Positions 38,075 through 47,276 of a stretch of DNA of 64,000 nt are shown here, piece by piece. The stretch's first letter is position 1; every line of letters starts with the position of its first letter. The translations under genes were made by a program, and so were the position numbers. Below the pieces are notes generated by a model, which saw only the letters and a program-made list of their open reading frames with translations, was not told where the DNA came from and ran no database searches. The stretch spans positions 971 through 64,970 of the IMG/VR virus record IMGVR_UViG_3300045974_000041; one strand, 5' to 3'. This DNA is from a virus (lineage: Duplodnaviria > Caudoviricetes).

Positions 38075-38503
38075 ATGGTGGAGACAACAGATATAGTAGT
38101 AGGTAGTGGCCTAGGGGCTGTACTACTGACAGTGATAATTAGAGTTGGAAGCAAAGTAATAAGTGGCTTGGTAGGTGACAGGGCTGGTGACACAGCTACA
38201 CAGAAACAAACAACCTATATGAATACTCTGGAAAAGCGTAATGAAGAGCTTACAGCAGAGAATACACAATTAAGGAATGACTGGCAAAAGATGGTGAGGG
38301 AAGAAGCTAAACTATCTGCACAAATTGCTAGCCTACGTTCTGATATTGAAAGCCAAGCAGCACACATAGAATATCTCGGGACGCTTATTGAATGGCTTGC
38401 TAGCTGTTCTGATAAACCTTTGCCAGCCTCTTTATTAGCTGAAGGGTTGAAGCGTAGAAAAATAAAAATAACGGAGAACGATTATGGCGAGCAGGAAGAT
38501 TGA
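38075..38503 (+). CDS. single-TM coiled-coil protein (holin/antiholin candidate)
   Basis: N-terminal TM plus coiled coil; overlaps the endolysin start. Confidence 0.6.
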   Translation: MVETTDIVVGSGLGAVLLTVIIRVGSKVISGLVGDRAGDTATQKQTTYMNTLEKRNEELTAENTQLRNDWQKMVREEAKLSAQIASLRSDIESQAAHIEYLGTLIEWLASCSDKPLPASLLAEGLKRRKIKITENDYGEQED

Positions 38504-38897
38504 AGATTTGCACCCTGATTTACAGAAACTTTGTAGACAGTTTTTAGGCCGTTGCCAAGCAGCTGGCCTTTCAACATTCTTAGTATGCACTTATAGAAGC
38601 GATGAAGAACAGAACACGTTATACGCACAAGGGCGTACCGCTGCTGGCAGTATTGTCACACGAGCCAAGGCAGGACAATCTGCACACAATCATACGATGG
38701 ATGGTAAGCCTGCTGCACTGGCTTTTGATATTGGTGTATTATTGAACGGTAAATATGATGGCGCTGGTAAGAGTGATGAATGGGCTAAGAGTGGCAAGAT
38801 TGCTGAAGAGTTAGGTTTAGAGTGGTATGGTAATCCTAAGTCTGAGTTCATTGAGATGCCCCATGTGTCCATGCCAAATTGGAAGAGCTACAAATGA
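38484..38897 (+). CDS. endolysin, M15 L-Ala-D-Glu peptidase
   Basis: TYRS.EEQ..LYAQGRT, SAH, AFD, EMPH. Confidence 0.92.
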   Translation: MASRKIEDLHPDLQKLCRQFLGRCQAAGLSTFLVCTYRSDEEQNTLYAQGRTAAGSIVTRAKAGQSAHNHTMDGKPAALAFDIGVLLNGKYDGAGKSDEWAKSGKIAEELGLEWYGNPKSEFIEMPHVSMPNWKSYK

Positions 38898-39133
38898 AGG
38901 CATTTCTCCTTGGCATGTTTACAGAAAAAGATAATACAACCCCCTGTCCCGTTAGAATTGCAGCTGGTGCGGCCAATGCCGTTTATCACTTTGCAGCTAT
39001 TGCGGGGATTGCAATGGGGCATATTACGCTGGATATTAACACCCTTGGACTATACCTGCAACACATGAGCATGATTATTGCTACAGGTGGTGTGAGTGTT
39101 GGTGCCAAATCAATTATGAAGGCTGATGCCTAA
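38894..39133 (+). CDS. putative holin
   Basis: 79 aa, two hydrophobic segments, directly after the endolysin. Confidence 0.55.
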   Translation: MKAFLLGMFTEKDNTTPCPVRIAAGAANAVYHFAAIAGIAMGHITLDINTLGLYLQHMSMIIATGGVSVGAKSIMKADA

Positions 39134-39147
39134 CAACGGAGCTATTT

Positions 39148-39741
39148 ATGACATTAAGCGTTACAGCTATGCAAGCTAAAATTGCAGGAATTATATTAGC
39201 TGTAACGCTAATAGCAGGATTGGGAGTGTACACAGGTATTAAGCTTGCAACCCACAAAACAACCACAGAAAACGTATCAGATACCTCTGAAGAGCATTAC
39301 ATGGATGGTAGTAGCATGTTACGTAGGCAAGGGGCTGGTGAGCATGTTTCTGTGCCTTCTAGCCCTATTACAATCCCTAAGGGTGGCAAAGTGTTAAGGA
39401 AAGCAGGCGTAACAATTGCACCTGACAAGAAAGCTGATAAAGATGGTAAGTGTCCAGATGTGTCAGTTAATTTTGCATTGGTAGATGATGGCAAAGGTGG
39501 TAGACGTGTAATAGCTTCATCGCCAGATGGTAAAGTTGTTGACGGGTACGATATACCTGTTATAAAGGAAACAACATATGTCACTAATAAGACATTTGTA
39601 GGTTTGTCTTATAGTGCTAGAAAATCTGTTGGAGTGTTTATTGACAGAGACTTAGCTGCCAATTTAAGAGTTGGTGGTAGTGTAAGTAGAAGTGAAGACG
39701 GCAAGCTAGATGCCAGCCTGAAAGTTGGTGTCTCCTTTTAA
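39148..39741 (+). CDS. spanin-like protein (N-terminal TM, C-terminal amphipathic beta strands)
   Basis: position in the lysis cassette; TM anchor; ends LKVGVSF. Confidence 0.5.
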   Translation: MTLSVTAMQAKIAGIILAVTLIAGLGVYTGIKLATHKTTTENVSDTSEEHYMDGSSMLRRQGAGEHVSVPSSPITIPKGGKVLRKAGVTIAPDKKADKDGKCPDVSVNFALVDDGKGGRRVIASSPDGKVVDGYDIPVIKETTYVTNKTFVGLSYSARKSVGVFIDRDLAANLRVGGSVSRSEDGKLDASLKVGVSF

Positions 39742-39763
39742 TGTAATTGTAAGGAGAATTAAC

Positions 39764-40042
39764 GTGCAACCAACCCTGATACAAGTAGCACATGCAGTAA
39801 ACAAATTCCCAACAGGCGTAATGCCAGCAGGTATAAGGATAACAGTTATGGGTGTACAAGAGCAAGTAGTTCCTGCTGCACCCTACCAAGCTATCTTTGA
39901 CCTAGAAGCTGGTACGTATGACGCTGTAGCTCAAAGTGTAGATGCCAATGGCAGTGCTTTAGGCGAAGCCCTAAAGACCACTTTCACTGTTGAAGATGGT
40001 GTATCTGTAGATGTACCAGTGAGTATTCAAATAGGATTGTAA
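39764..40042 (+). CDS. hypothetical beta-rich protein
   Basis: AAGGAG RBS before GTG. Confidence 0.6.
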   Translation: MQPTLIQVAHAVNKFPTGVMPAGIRITVMGVQEQVVPAAPYQAIFDLEAGTYDAVAQSVDANGSALGEALKTTFTVEDGVSVDVPVSIQIGL

Positions 40043-40145
40043 TACAAAATATTATGCTTTCCCTGTAATGGAGCCTGAAAGGGGCTTCAGAATGTAGGAG
40101 TAGTATCCGCAATTGTGTAGCGTACTTGAAGGAAAGGAGCCATAA

Positions 40146-41111
40146 ATGGTTGACTTGAATTCAGTGAGTGCAAGCTTACTAAGTCACGAGAGTAGAAGTC
40201 AAGCTCGATTTGAAGAGTTGAAATCTATCGTATCACAATCAAAGGAGAACGAAATGACACATGAAAAAGAAGCTGTTGAAGTTAATAACATTTTCAAGGG
40301 AAAGGGACATGGTATGGAAAGCATTTTACCTATGTTGGGGACAGGTGGTTTTGGTGGTGGCAGTGCTATCGGTGCTGGCGCATTGGGTTTCGTAGCGGGT
40401 GCCGTGTTAGGCGGCAATGGTAACGGGGGCTTGTTTGGAGGGGATAGTAATGGTAATAGTGGCACTGTCCAAGAATTGACAGAGATTGCCACTCTTACTA
40501 AAGTTGGCGACAGTATTGCTGCGACACAGCTGGCAGCTGCTAACACACAAAATGTAGTTAATACAACAGCTGCACAAACACAGACAGCAACGTTACAGCA
40601 AACTATCGAGCTTAACAATGCCATCTCACAACAAAGCTTGTCACAACAAGCTCAAATTGCAAACGTTAAAGATGCTGTGCAAACCAGCCTGTTAGCCTCC
40701 CTTAGTGCTATCAGTGGCGTATCTACAAATGTGGATAAAACTGGAAGTATGTTGGCAGCATCTATTGTAGCAGAAGGACAAGCTACAAGAGCGCTTATCA
40801 ATGAAATTAATACTGCCAATCTTGGCAGGGAATTGTCAGACACTAAAGCAGCCCTAATCGAGTTGAGAAGTGACAGTGTTAGCCGAGCTCATGCTAGAGA
40901 GGTTGAAGTGAATGTAACACAAACTGTCAACCAAAATCAAGCACAATCACAAGCTCAACAACAATTCCAAATCCTTGCAAACTTGGCAGCACAGGTACAA
41001 AACCTTGCCAATGATGTACAGATTGTAAGACAATCGCAATCCACTGTCAACTTCGGCACAATGACAGGTAGTGGTCAAACTGCTAGCGCTGCTAACACTC
41101 GTGTAAACTGA
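40146..41111 (+). CDS. Gly-rich hydrophobic segment plus Gln/Thr/Asn-rich coiled-coil protein
   Basis: 321 aa; second in-frame start with RBS at 40254. Confidence 0.75.
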   Translation: MVDLNSVSASLLSHESRSQARFEELKSIVSQSKENEMTHEKEAVEVNNIFKGKGHGMESILPMLGTGGFGGGSAIGAGALGFVAGAVLGGNGNGGLFGGDSNGNSGTVQELTEIATLTKVGDSIAATQLAAANTQNVVNTTAAQTQTATLQQTIELNNAISQQSLSQQAQIANVKDAVQTSLLASLSAISGVSTNVDKTGSMLAASIVAEGQATRALINEINTANLGRELSDTKAALIELRSDSVSRAHAREVEVNVTQTVNQNQAQSQAQQQFQILANLAAQVQNLANDVQIVRQSQSTVNFGTMTGSGQTASAANTRVN

Positions 41112-41112
41112 G

Positions 41113-41319
41113 TTATTTGCCAGAAGATAGGAAGGACATATACTCTGCCCAAATAAGTTCCACAATAGGTTTCAGACGTGCAGAAGCTAAGAACTGTGGC
41201 AAGCCTTCACACCCTTCTTCAATGTGCTTCTCTACCCATGTGAGTTGAGTAGGCGTTAGACATTCTGAAGTGTGCTTTACAACAAGCTGTTGTAATACGA
41301 GAAGTGCGATGGGTGACAT
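41113..41319 (-). CDS. hypothetical protein
   Basis: AGGAAGG RBS. Confidence 0.5.
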   Translation of the reverse strand: MSPIALLVLQQLVVKHTSECLTPTQLTWVEKHIEEGCEGLPQFLASARLKPIVELIWAEYMSFLSSGK

Positions 41320-41342
41320 ATAATTCCCTTCCTATAAAAGTT

Positions 41343-41383
41343 AAAGCCCTATAAAGCCTAATAAGCTCTATAGGGCTTTTCTT
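41343..41383. terminator. probably bidirectional terminator near the junction of the convergent arms
   Basis: AAAGCCCTATA...TATAGGGCTTTT. Confidence 0.7.
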
Positions 41384-41500
41384 ATTTGTGGTCGCCAATA
41401 CTATCTGTTTGTCGGTTACTATCAATCCATTGCTTAATTAGTACAGGAATTGTAAGGAGCATTACAAACAGCGTAACACGAGCTTTTACAAAGTCTGCCA

Positions 41501-41767
41501 TTATTTCAACTTAGCCTCAAGTGCCTTAAAGATTGTGGCAGCATTGTCAACTTCATCTACCTTGTCTTTATACATGGTGCGGAAGAACTTGGCAAGAACA
41601 GCTTTATCAATCTGGAACTTCTCTGACAACTCTTCCACCATTACTTTAAAGTCTGCCTTAGCATTCTCTTCACGCTCTAATACACGTTCAGCTTCTGCAT
41701 AAGCACCTTGAAATTCTACAGGATTAACATTGGCTGCCAAGAATACATTTGCGTCATTATCAGACAT
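41501..41767 (-). CDS. dsDNA-binding protein (T4 DsbA/GapR-like)
   Basis: helical E..K.D.K....E...KF.ID.......YK pattern. Confidence 0.55.
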   Translation of the reverse strand: MSDNDANVFLAANVNPVEFQGAYAEAERVLEREENAKADFKVMVEELSEKFQIDKAVLAKFFRTMYKDKVDEVDNAATIFKALEAKLK

Positions 41768-41957
41768 TTTTATTTCCTTCTTCTTTACGTTTAACATAGA
41801 TTTCTACTACTGAGCAAAACAAACCTAACACTACACCAATAACAGCTGCACCTAAAAACCCTACATTGAAGATGTTTGACAAGCTGATAAACAGCATCAC
41901 CATTACAACAAAGAATGGACTAAATTGTGGTTTGAAAAAGTCATAAAAGAATTTCAT
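41760..41957 (-). CDS. small membrane protein
   Basis: two hydrophobic helices. Confidence 0.55.
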   Translation of the reverse strand: MKFFYDFFKPQFSPFFVVMVMLFISLSNIFNVGFLGAAVIGVVLGLFCSVVEIYVKRKEEGNKNV

Positions 41958-41972
41958 AATAGTATTTCCTAG

Positions 41973-42419
41973 TTAAACTTGCTTGTTAAGTTGGTTGTCA
42001 ATACGTTTAAAAGCAATTGCATACTTTTCCATACGCTGTACATCTTTTTCCGTAATTCCTTGTAACCGTGTAATGTCTGAATTATCTCTTAAATCTTCAC
42101 GCTTGACAAGCATTGCATCGTGATTAGTAAGACAACGTGTAATAAATTCTTCATAAGTTTCACCACGTTGCTTTGTCAGAGCTTTCACGCCTGCAATCAC
42201 TCTATCAGACATCCCTTCTAATTGCAAATCGGCGTAAGAAACACCACAATCCTCTACAACATCATGCAGCACTGCAATTGCCATCAACTCTTCATCAGTG
42301 GTTCGTAGGCGCATCATCATTCGCAGAGGGTGTAAGATATAAGGCTTACCACCCTTATCAAGTTGCTCTAAGTGTTCAGAGGCTGCGAGGGCAATTGCTC
42401 TAGCCAGATTGTTAGCCAT
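41973..42419 (-). CDS. HD-domain (p)ppGpp hydrolase-like protein (SpoT/Mesh1 type)
   Basis: H..Q.DKGGKPYILHP, AVLHDVVED, VK..DL.DN. Confidence 0.85.
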   Translation of the reverse strand: MANNLARAIALAASEHLEQLDKGGKPYILHPLRMMMRLRTTDEELMAIAVLHDVVEDCGVSYADLQLEGMSDRVIAGVKALTKQRGETYEEFITRCLTNHDAMLVKREDLRDNSDITRLQGITEKDVQRMEKYAIAFKRIDNQLNKQV

Positions 42420-42612
42420 TTTAAATCTCATCCATAATAATTTGTGTACCAAGAGTGGCAGGGTTAATACCACGTTGCCAATTCACTCCAACAACACCTT
42501 CGTGGAGCATTTGCATTACGTTGATATTATTGAAGCTTGGTGCAAAGTAGGCAAAATCTAGATTCATTTTCATCTTCCTGAGAATTCCCCGCTTTCGCGG
42601 GGCTTGTTAAGG

Positions 42613-42972
42613 TTAGGGGAATACTGCGTTATAAATCTCTTCACACAATTCGTTTGCTGTATGGTCGCATATAATTTCATCAGCAGAATTACCATAAACT
42701 AAGTAAAACCAGCCAACCCTTACACCTTCACTATCACGAATTACAAGTTGTTCTTCATCACAGGCCATTAGATTATCACAAATTTCCTTGAAGCTACCAC
42801 TTCTCTTTACAGGCCATTCACCGCCATCGTTCACACTAACAACTAACCCGCGAGACAAGATGTTACGAATCAGTTTACGAAGGTTGGTTTGCTCGCCAGC
42901 TACGCGCAGTGCAATTTCTTTGTTCATTCTACCATCTGCTACCAGTGCTGCGAGTTGTGCTTTGCTGTACAT
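42613..42972 (-). CDS. hypothetical protein
   Basis: own promoter and RBS; LVYGN...I.D motif. Confidence 0.7.
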   Translation of the reverse strand: MYSKAQLAALVADGRMNKEIALRVAGEQTNLRKLIRNILSRGLVVSVNDGGEWPVKRSGSFKEICDNLMACDEEQLVIRDSEGVRVGWFYLVYGNSADEIICDHTANELCEEIYNAVFP

Positions 42973-43008
42973 TTGAAGCTCCTAAGTTGTGTCGTGTTGA
43001 CAGGACAA

Positions 43009-43037
43009 ATAGTATGCTCATCTAAAAGTAATGTCAA
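43009..43037 (-). promoter_or_regulatory. sigma70-type promoter
   Basis: TTGACA-17-TACTAT. Confidence 0.75.
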
Positions 43038-43061
43038 CACCTATTGCCAATTATTTTACAA

Positions 43062-44783
43062 TTATTGGCACAACTCGCACTCACCCTTACTGGCAGCTAC
43101 ACCAGCCTTGCTATAGCAATAGTAGAGTCCCAATATCATAGGGTCTAAGAAAGCCTCTCTATGAATCTCAGCAATGTACTCTTCATCCTCTTCAGCTGCA
43201 AAGAACAAATTCAAACTCTGACCTTGACACAAATTCCGCTGTCGAACAGATGCTAAGCGTAAGATGGCTCGTTGGTCAATCTCAAATGCTGTCTTAAACA
43301 CAGCCTTTTCTTCATCTGTCAACCATGCCACTTTTTGCACGCTACCCATAGCGTCTGTAAGCTCTTGCATGTGCTTGTTGTCATACACGCCACGCTTCTT
43401 CATAAGCTCAATTAGTACAGGGTTAGCTCTATCAACTTCGCCAGCTGGTGTTAGCTGCGTAAAAGTCATAGCAACATCAGGGTTAATACCTTCTGATACA
43501 CCAGCCATTAGTAATGCACTAGACTTCGTAGGAGCAATAGCTGTACGATGTGTATTGCGTACCCCATAACCTTTGCACCATTCTGGTTCACCTAACACTT
43601 GTGCCATCCATTGTGAAGCTTCCAGACTTTGATCGTGCAGATGCTTAAACAGTTGGTTGTTAAAGAAATGAGCCTCCATGCTTTCAAACGCAATCATATT
43701 GGCTTGCAAATAGGTGTGAAAGCCACAAACACCTAGTCCAAGCGGCCTGCCTAGCTTCGTACTTTTTACAGCCTTCTCGCAGCCTTCTATGCCCTCCGCT
43801 TTACGAATAAAGTCTTCTGCAACACAATCTAACATCACTGTAGCAATGAATACAGATTTGTTATTCTTAATAGTGTCCCAATGGACAGCATTCATAGAGG
43901 ATAGTACGCAAGTGTATGTCATGTCTTCGCTAGAGTGCAAGTGAATTTCATTACACAATTGCGGGGCTACAACATCCAGCTCTAAGTCTTTATACATATT
44001 CGGAGAACGCGCATTGATTTTGTCAATGAATGCAAAATACCCCTTACCAGTTTTCATCTTCACTGTCATGGCAGTTTGGAATCGCTCAATAGCTTCCTCG
44101 TCACCAGCTTCCAAACGATTGGTAAATTTGTCTGAAATGTTCCAGCCAATGTTCAAACCATCAGGGGCTTCTTCTAAATAGGCGCAAACCTCGTTAAAGT
44201 CTCCATGCTCGACAGGGAGGTATGCAGCCCAAGCACCACGTCTACTAGAGCCTTGTGCTACATACTCCATATCCTGTACGAAGCCTTTAATAATAGGCAG
44301 CACACCATTGCTAACAACACCTTTAGTTGTCTTGCTACCACGAGGCTGGATATGCCCTAAATAGGAGGCTGTGCCGAAACTGTTCTTTGTAAGAACAGCC
44401 ACTTCTTTCTTAGCCTCGTAGATGCCTGCAATGCTATTAGAAATAACATTGCCAGAGCAGCTTACAGGAAATCCTCGTGAAGTGCCAGTGTTACCAATAA
44501 CAGGTGTAGAGCCTGATAGGCGTCCTTCCCACATCTCATTAAAGAAAGCATCAGACCATGTAGTATAACCCTCATCCTTCCACCAGCTAGGATAATGGCC
44601 TTCAATGTATTGTGCAAGTGTATCAGCAATACGACGATATTGTTCTCTAGGTGTGACAGCTTCAAACAAGTATTTACTCTTGAACAACTGCCAAGCTCCT
44701 GTACTCCACCAAGGAGCCATTTCACCTTTGGCTTGTAACTCTTTACGCTCTTTGCTAAGCTTATCATACAAGCTGTCTGTCAT
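43062..44783 (-). CDS. nrdA: ribonucleotide reductase class I alpha subunit (short, no ATP cone)
   Basis: VSC, QLCNEI, TCVLSS, IAPT, GLYY, C-terminal CxxC. Confidence 0.93.
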   Translation of the reverse strand: MTDSLYDKLSKERKELQAKGEMAPWWSTGAWQLFKSKYLFEAVTPREQYRRIADTLAQYIEGHYPSWWKDEGYTTWSDAFFNEMWEGRLSGSTPVIGNTGTSRGFPVSCSGNVISNSIAGIYEAKKEVAVLTKNSFGTASYLGHIQPRGSKTTKGVVSNGVLPIIKGFVQDMEYVAQGSSRRGAWAAYLPVEHGDFNEVCAYLEEAPDGLNIGWNISDKFTNRLEAGDEEAIERFQTAMTVKMKTGKGYFAFIDKINARSPNMYKDLELDVVAPQLCNEIHLHSSEDMTYTCVLSSMNAVHWDTIKNNKSVFIATVMLDCVAEDFIRKAEGIEGCEKAVKSTKLGRPLGLGVCGFHTYLQANMIAFESMEAHFFNNQLFKHLHDQSLEASQWMAQVLGEPEWCKGYGVRNTHRTAIAPTKSSALLMAGVSEGINPDVAMTFTQLTPAGEVDRANPVLIELMKKRGVYDNKHMQELTDAMGSVQKVAWLTDEEKAVFKTAFEIDQRAILRLASVRQRNLCQGQSLNLFFAAEEDEEYIAEIHREAFLDPMILGLYYCYSKAGVAASKGECELCQ

Positions 44784-45757
44784 ACCTTTGCTCCCCAAGT
44801 GAAACTCTTTTTATCCCAATCCCTGCTATATTCTCTACCAACACCTTGAAAGAAGTCATTCATTTGGTAGTTATTGATACCTTTGTAAAACCAGTCTGCA
44901 ATAGGGTTGTACTTCACTTCAAACAACGATGGCAAGCCAAGGTTGTTAAGGCATACATTGATACGGCTCTGTGCAAAGTGCTTTAGCTGCACATCTGTAA
45001 TACCGTCCTGCTTACCCTTTTCAAACAGCTTATCGACAATCAAGCACTCATGCAAATAAATCTGATGTGCAGCTTCATTGACAGCTTGCTTGAATTGTTC
45101 TAACTCTTGTGTAGTGCGTTTCTGTTCTGCTAGCGCTGTCTTAACAATCAATGCACCACCCACAGCGTGCAAGTTTTCATCTCGTGCAGACATATTCAAA
45201 CCACGTACAACATTCTGGATACGGTTCTTACCACCATTTTGATAATGCTTCAAGTATGCAAAGTTGGTGTAAAGTACACTACCTTCCACCATACTGAAAA
45301 TAGCTGTTGACAACTCATCATCAGGATTATCAATCAGTGTTTCAATAAATTTAATACGGTCTGACAATACACTATCATCCAAGTAAGACGAATGGAATTC
45401 CAATGTAGCAATGCCAAGCTCTTTGTTAATTTCATTGTAGAACGGTGCATGACTATTCAACTCTACGTGTGCAAAACACGCTGCCATACGTTGCACACCA
45501 ACACTAGGGTATGCCTTAGCAATTCTACCACTCCAATGCTCATTACCTACAAATGTCTCATACTTTGTAAATAGCTTCAATGTAGTGATAGTGCCATGAT
45601 ACTCTGACTCTGACATATTCACTAATAGGTCTTGCTTATCTTTCCCCACCTTGATTTCATTCCAAGGCCAGAAGATTTTCATTTGTTCATCTGCAATTTT
45701 ACTAAATTCTGGATAGGAGTCTACATACTCCGTCACTGTCTTAAATGGAATTGTCAC
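44780..45757 (-). CDS. nrdB: ribonucleotide reductase beta subunit
   Basis: FWPWNE, E..H..FY, VEG..LY..F, RDE.LH, DFF. Confidence 0.92.
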   Translation of the reverse strand: MTIPFKTVTEYVDSYPEFSKIADEQMKIFWPWNEIKVGKDKQDLLVNMSESEYHGTITTLKLFTKYETFVGNEHWSGRIAKAYPSVGVQRMAACFAHVELNSHAPFYNEINKELGIATLEFHSSYLDDSVLSDRIKFIETLIDNPDDELSTAIFSMVEGSVLYTNFAYLKHYQNGGKNRIQNVVRGLNMSARDENLHAVGGALIVKTALAEQKRTTQELEQFKQAVNEAAHQIYLHECLIVDKLFEKGKQDGITDVQLKHFAQSRINVCLNNLGLPSLFEVKYNPIADWFYKGINNYQMNDFFQGVGREYSRDWDKKSFTWGAKV

Positions 45758-45828
45758 GCATATCCCTTTCTTATTATTTTATCTACAAGGACAGAGATTA
45801 TAACTCCATCCTTGTAAATTGCAACAGG

Positions 45829-46314
45829 TTACAAAGCAATTTTACCACGTAGCTGAATAATAATGTCAGACAGGGTTGAAAGCATTGTGCTATCTTCTTT
45901 ATAACAATCATTCAACTGGCTTTCTGGCAACTTCTCCCATACAACTTCCTCACCACCATCACTAAAGTTATTGAAGTTCACAGTGTTACCTGATAGTTCT
46001 ACAAGTTCCTTAGTTAGTGTAACATCTGAGTAGGCTGTAGCAGCAATACGAGAAGTCATATCACAAATCTTACTTTGTGTCCAAGCCCTATCAATACGAG
46101 GGCTACCAGAATAAATATAACCAATTCCGGTGTTATTGTTCATGTCACGATGGTTAGCAGCAAACACACCAAAGGGTTTATTAATATCAATGCCTAGCAA
46201 ATGTAGGAATGGTTTAACAACTCCATCGTTTACAATGTTGATCAATTCTACTTCATTACGAAACTGTGCTTTCACCTCTGGAATGGTTAGTAGGTCACGA
46301 GCGCTTACATTCAT
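45829..46314 (-). CDS. hypothetical protein
   Basis: ORF coupled to the upstream stop. Confidence 0.65.
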   Translation of the reverse strand: MNVSARDLLTIPEVKAQFRNEVELINIVNDGVVKPFLHLLGIDINKPFGVFAANHRDMNNNTGIGYIYSGSPRIDRAWTQSKICDMTSRIAATAYSDVTLTKELVELSGNTVNFNNFSDGGEEVVWEKLPESQLNDCYKEDSTMLSTLSDIIIQLRGKIAL

Positions 46315-46790
46315 AGCAGGCCACCCATAGTGACAGGTACACATTCTGATAAGTCTACAGGAACAAAGTTGGAAGGCTTCATAACCTTGCCATATTCATT
46401 CTTAATTACCCAGCGAGATGTTACAGCAGTAAACTCAGCACTCCACGTAGGGTTGGCTGCTAGGGTGGCATCAACAACAGCTTTATCTGTAGGGAATTTG
46501 CTAAGGTTATTAATCCCAACTAGCTCGCAAGCTTTTTCTACATCACAGCCTAGATTGGCTAATAGTTGTAACAAGCCATCGTTAGTTACTTTAACGTCAA
46601 CTGCACCATCTAACACTTCTACCCAATTTGTGATAGGTAGGTCAAACGCATCTACAGTTTCTTTCAACTCACTTTCAATGTATTTCAATTGATTGTTAAT
46701 CTTGATGTAAGCTTCACCAGCCTGATAGATGGATTTTAAGTTGCCAGCAGTGATGTTAAATTCTTGTGTAGCTTCATAGTGTTTATCCAT
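46311..46790 (-). CDS. MazG-like nucleotide pyrophosphohydrolase
   Basis: E.E..E, EVLDGAVD, NLSKF, GKVMKP. Confidence 0.75.
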   Translation of the reverse strand: MDKHYEATQEFNITAGNLKSIYQAGEAYIKINNQLKYIESELKETVDAFDLPITNWVEVLDGAVDVKVTNDGLLQLLANLGCDVEKACELVGINNLSKFPTDKAVVDATLAANPTWSAEFTAVTSRWVIKNEYGKVMKPSNFVPVDLSECVPVTMGGLL

Positions 46791-46800
46791 ATTATTCCTT

Positions 46801-47079
46801 TTAATTAATGATGTGATAAGATTTTAGCCACATTGTCATAAGCTCACTAACACCCTTATACTCAATAGCTTCATTATACTTATACACTTCTTCTGTGTTC
46901 ACTTTACACAACACAATCTCATCGTTATACAGGTGAGCGCCATAAGCCGTGTCATCCTGAATAAAGTAGTCTGTGTATGTGTTGAAGTGTTCGGCTACTT
47001 GGAAAGCCACCCTACCATCGCTAAGACAAATTAGCAAGACAGGGCAGTTACCCATTTTAAACACCTTCTGCATTAACAT
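46801..47079 (-). CDS. hypothetical protein
   Basis: ORF in operon. Confidence 0.55.
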   Translation of the reverse strand: MLMQKVFKMGNCPVLLICLSDGRVAFQVAEHFNTYTDYFIQDDTAYGAHLYNDEIVLCKVNTEEVYKYNEAIEYKGVSELMTMWLKSYHIIN

Positions 47080-47081
47080 AC

Positions 47082-47276
47082 TTAATCCTTTAAATGCTTA
47101 TTATCCACCTTTTCAGGTGTAATAGCCACTATAATGCGTGTGATTGGCAAATTCTGTTTGTATTTACCTTCCCACCACACTTTAACATCATTTGCTATCT
47201 CTTCATAAGAGAATTGCCCTGTAGCTTCTAGGATATGCTTTTTGCTACCGCCTTGCACACCAATCTTGTATTTCAC
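47082..47276 (-). CDS. hypothetical protein
   Basis: ORF in operon. Confidence 0.5.
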   Translation of the reverse strand: MKYKIGVQGGSKKHILEATGQFSYEEIANDVKVWWEGKYKQNLPITRIIVAITPEKVDNKHLKD

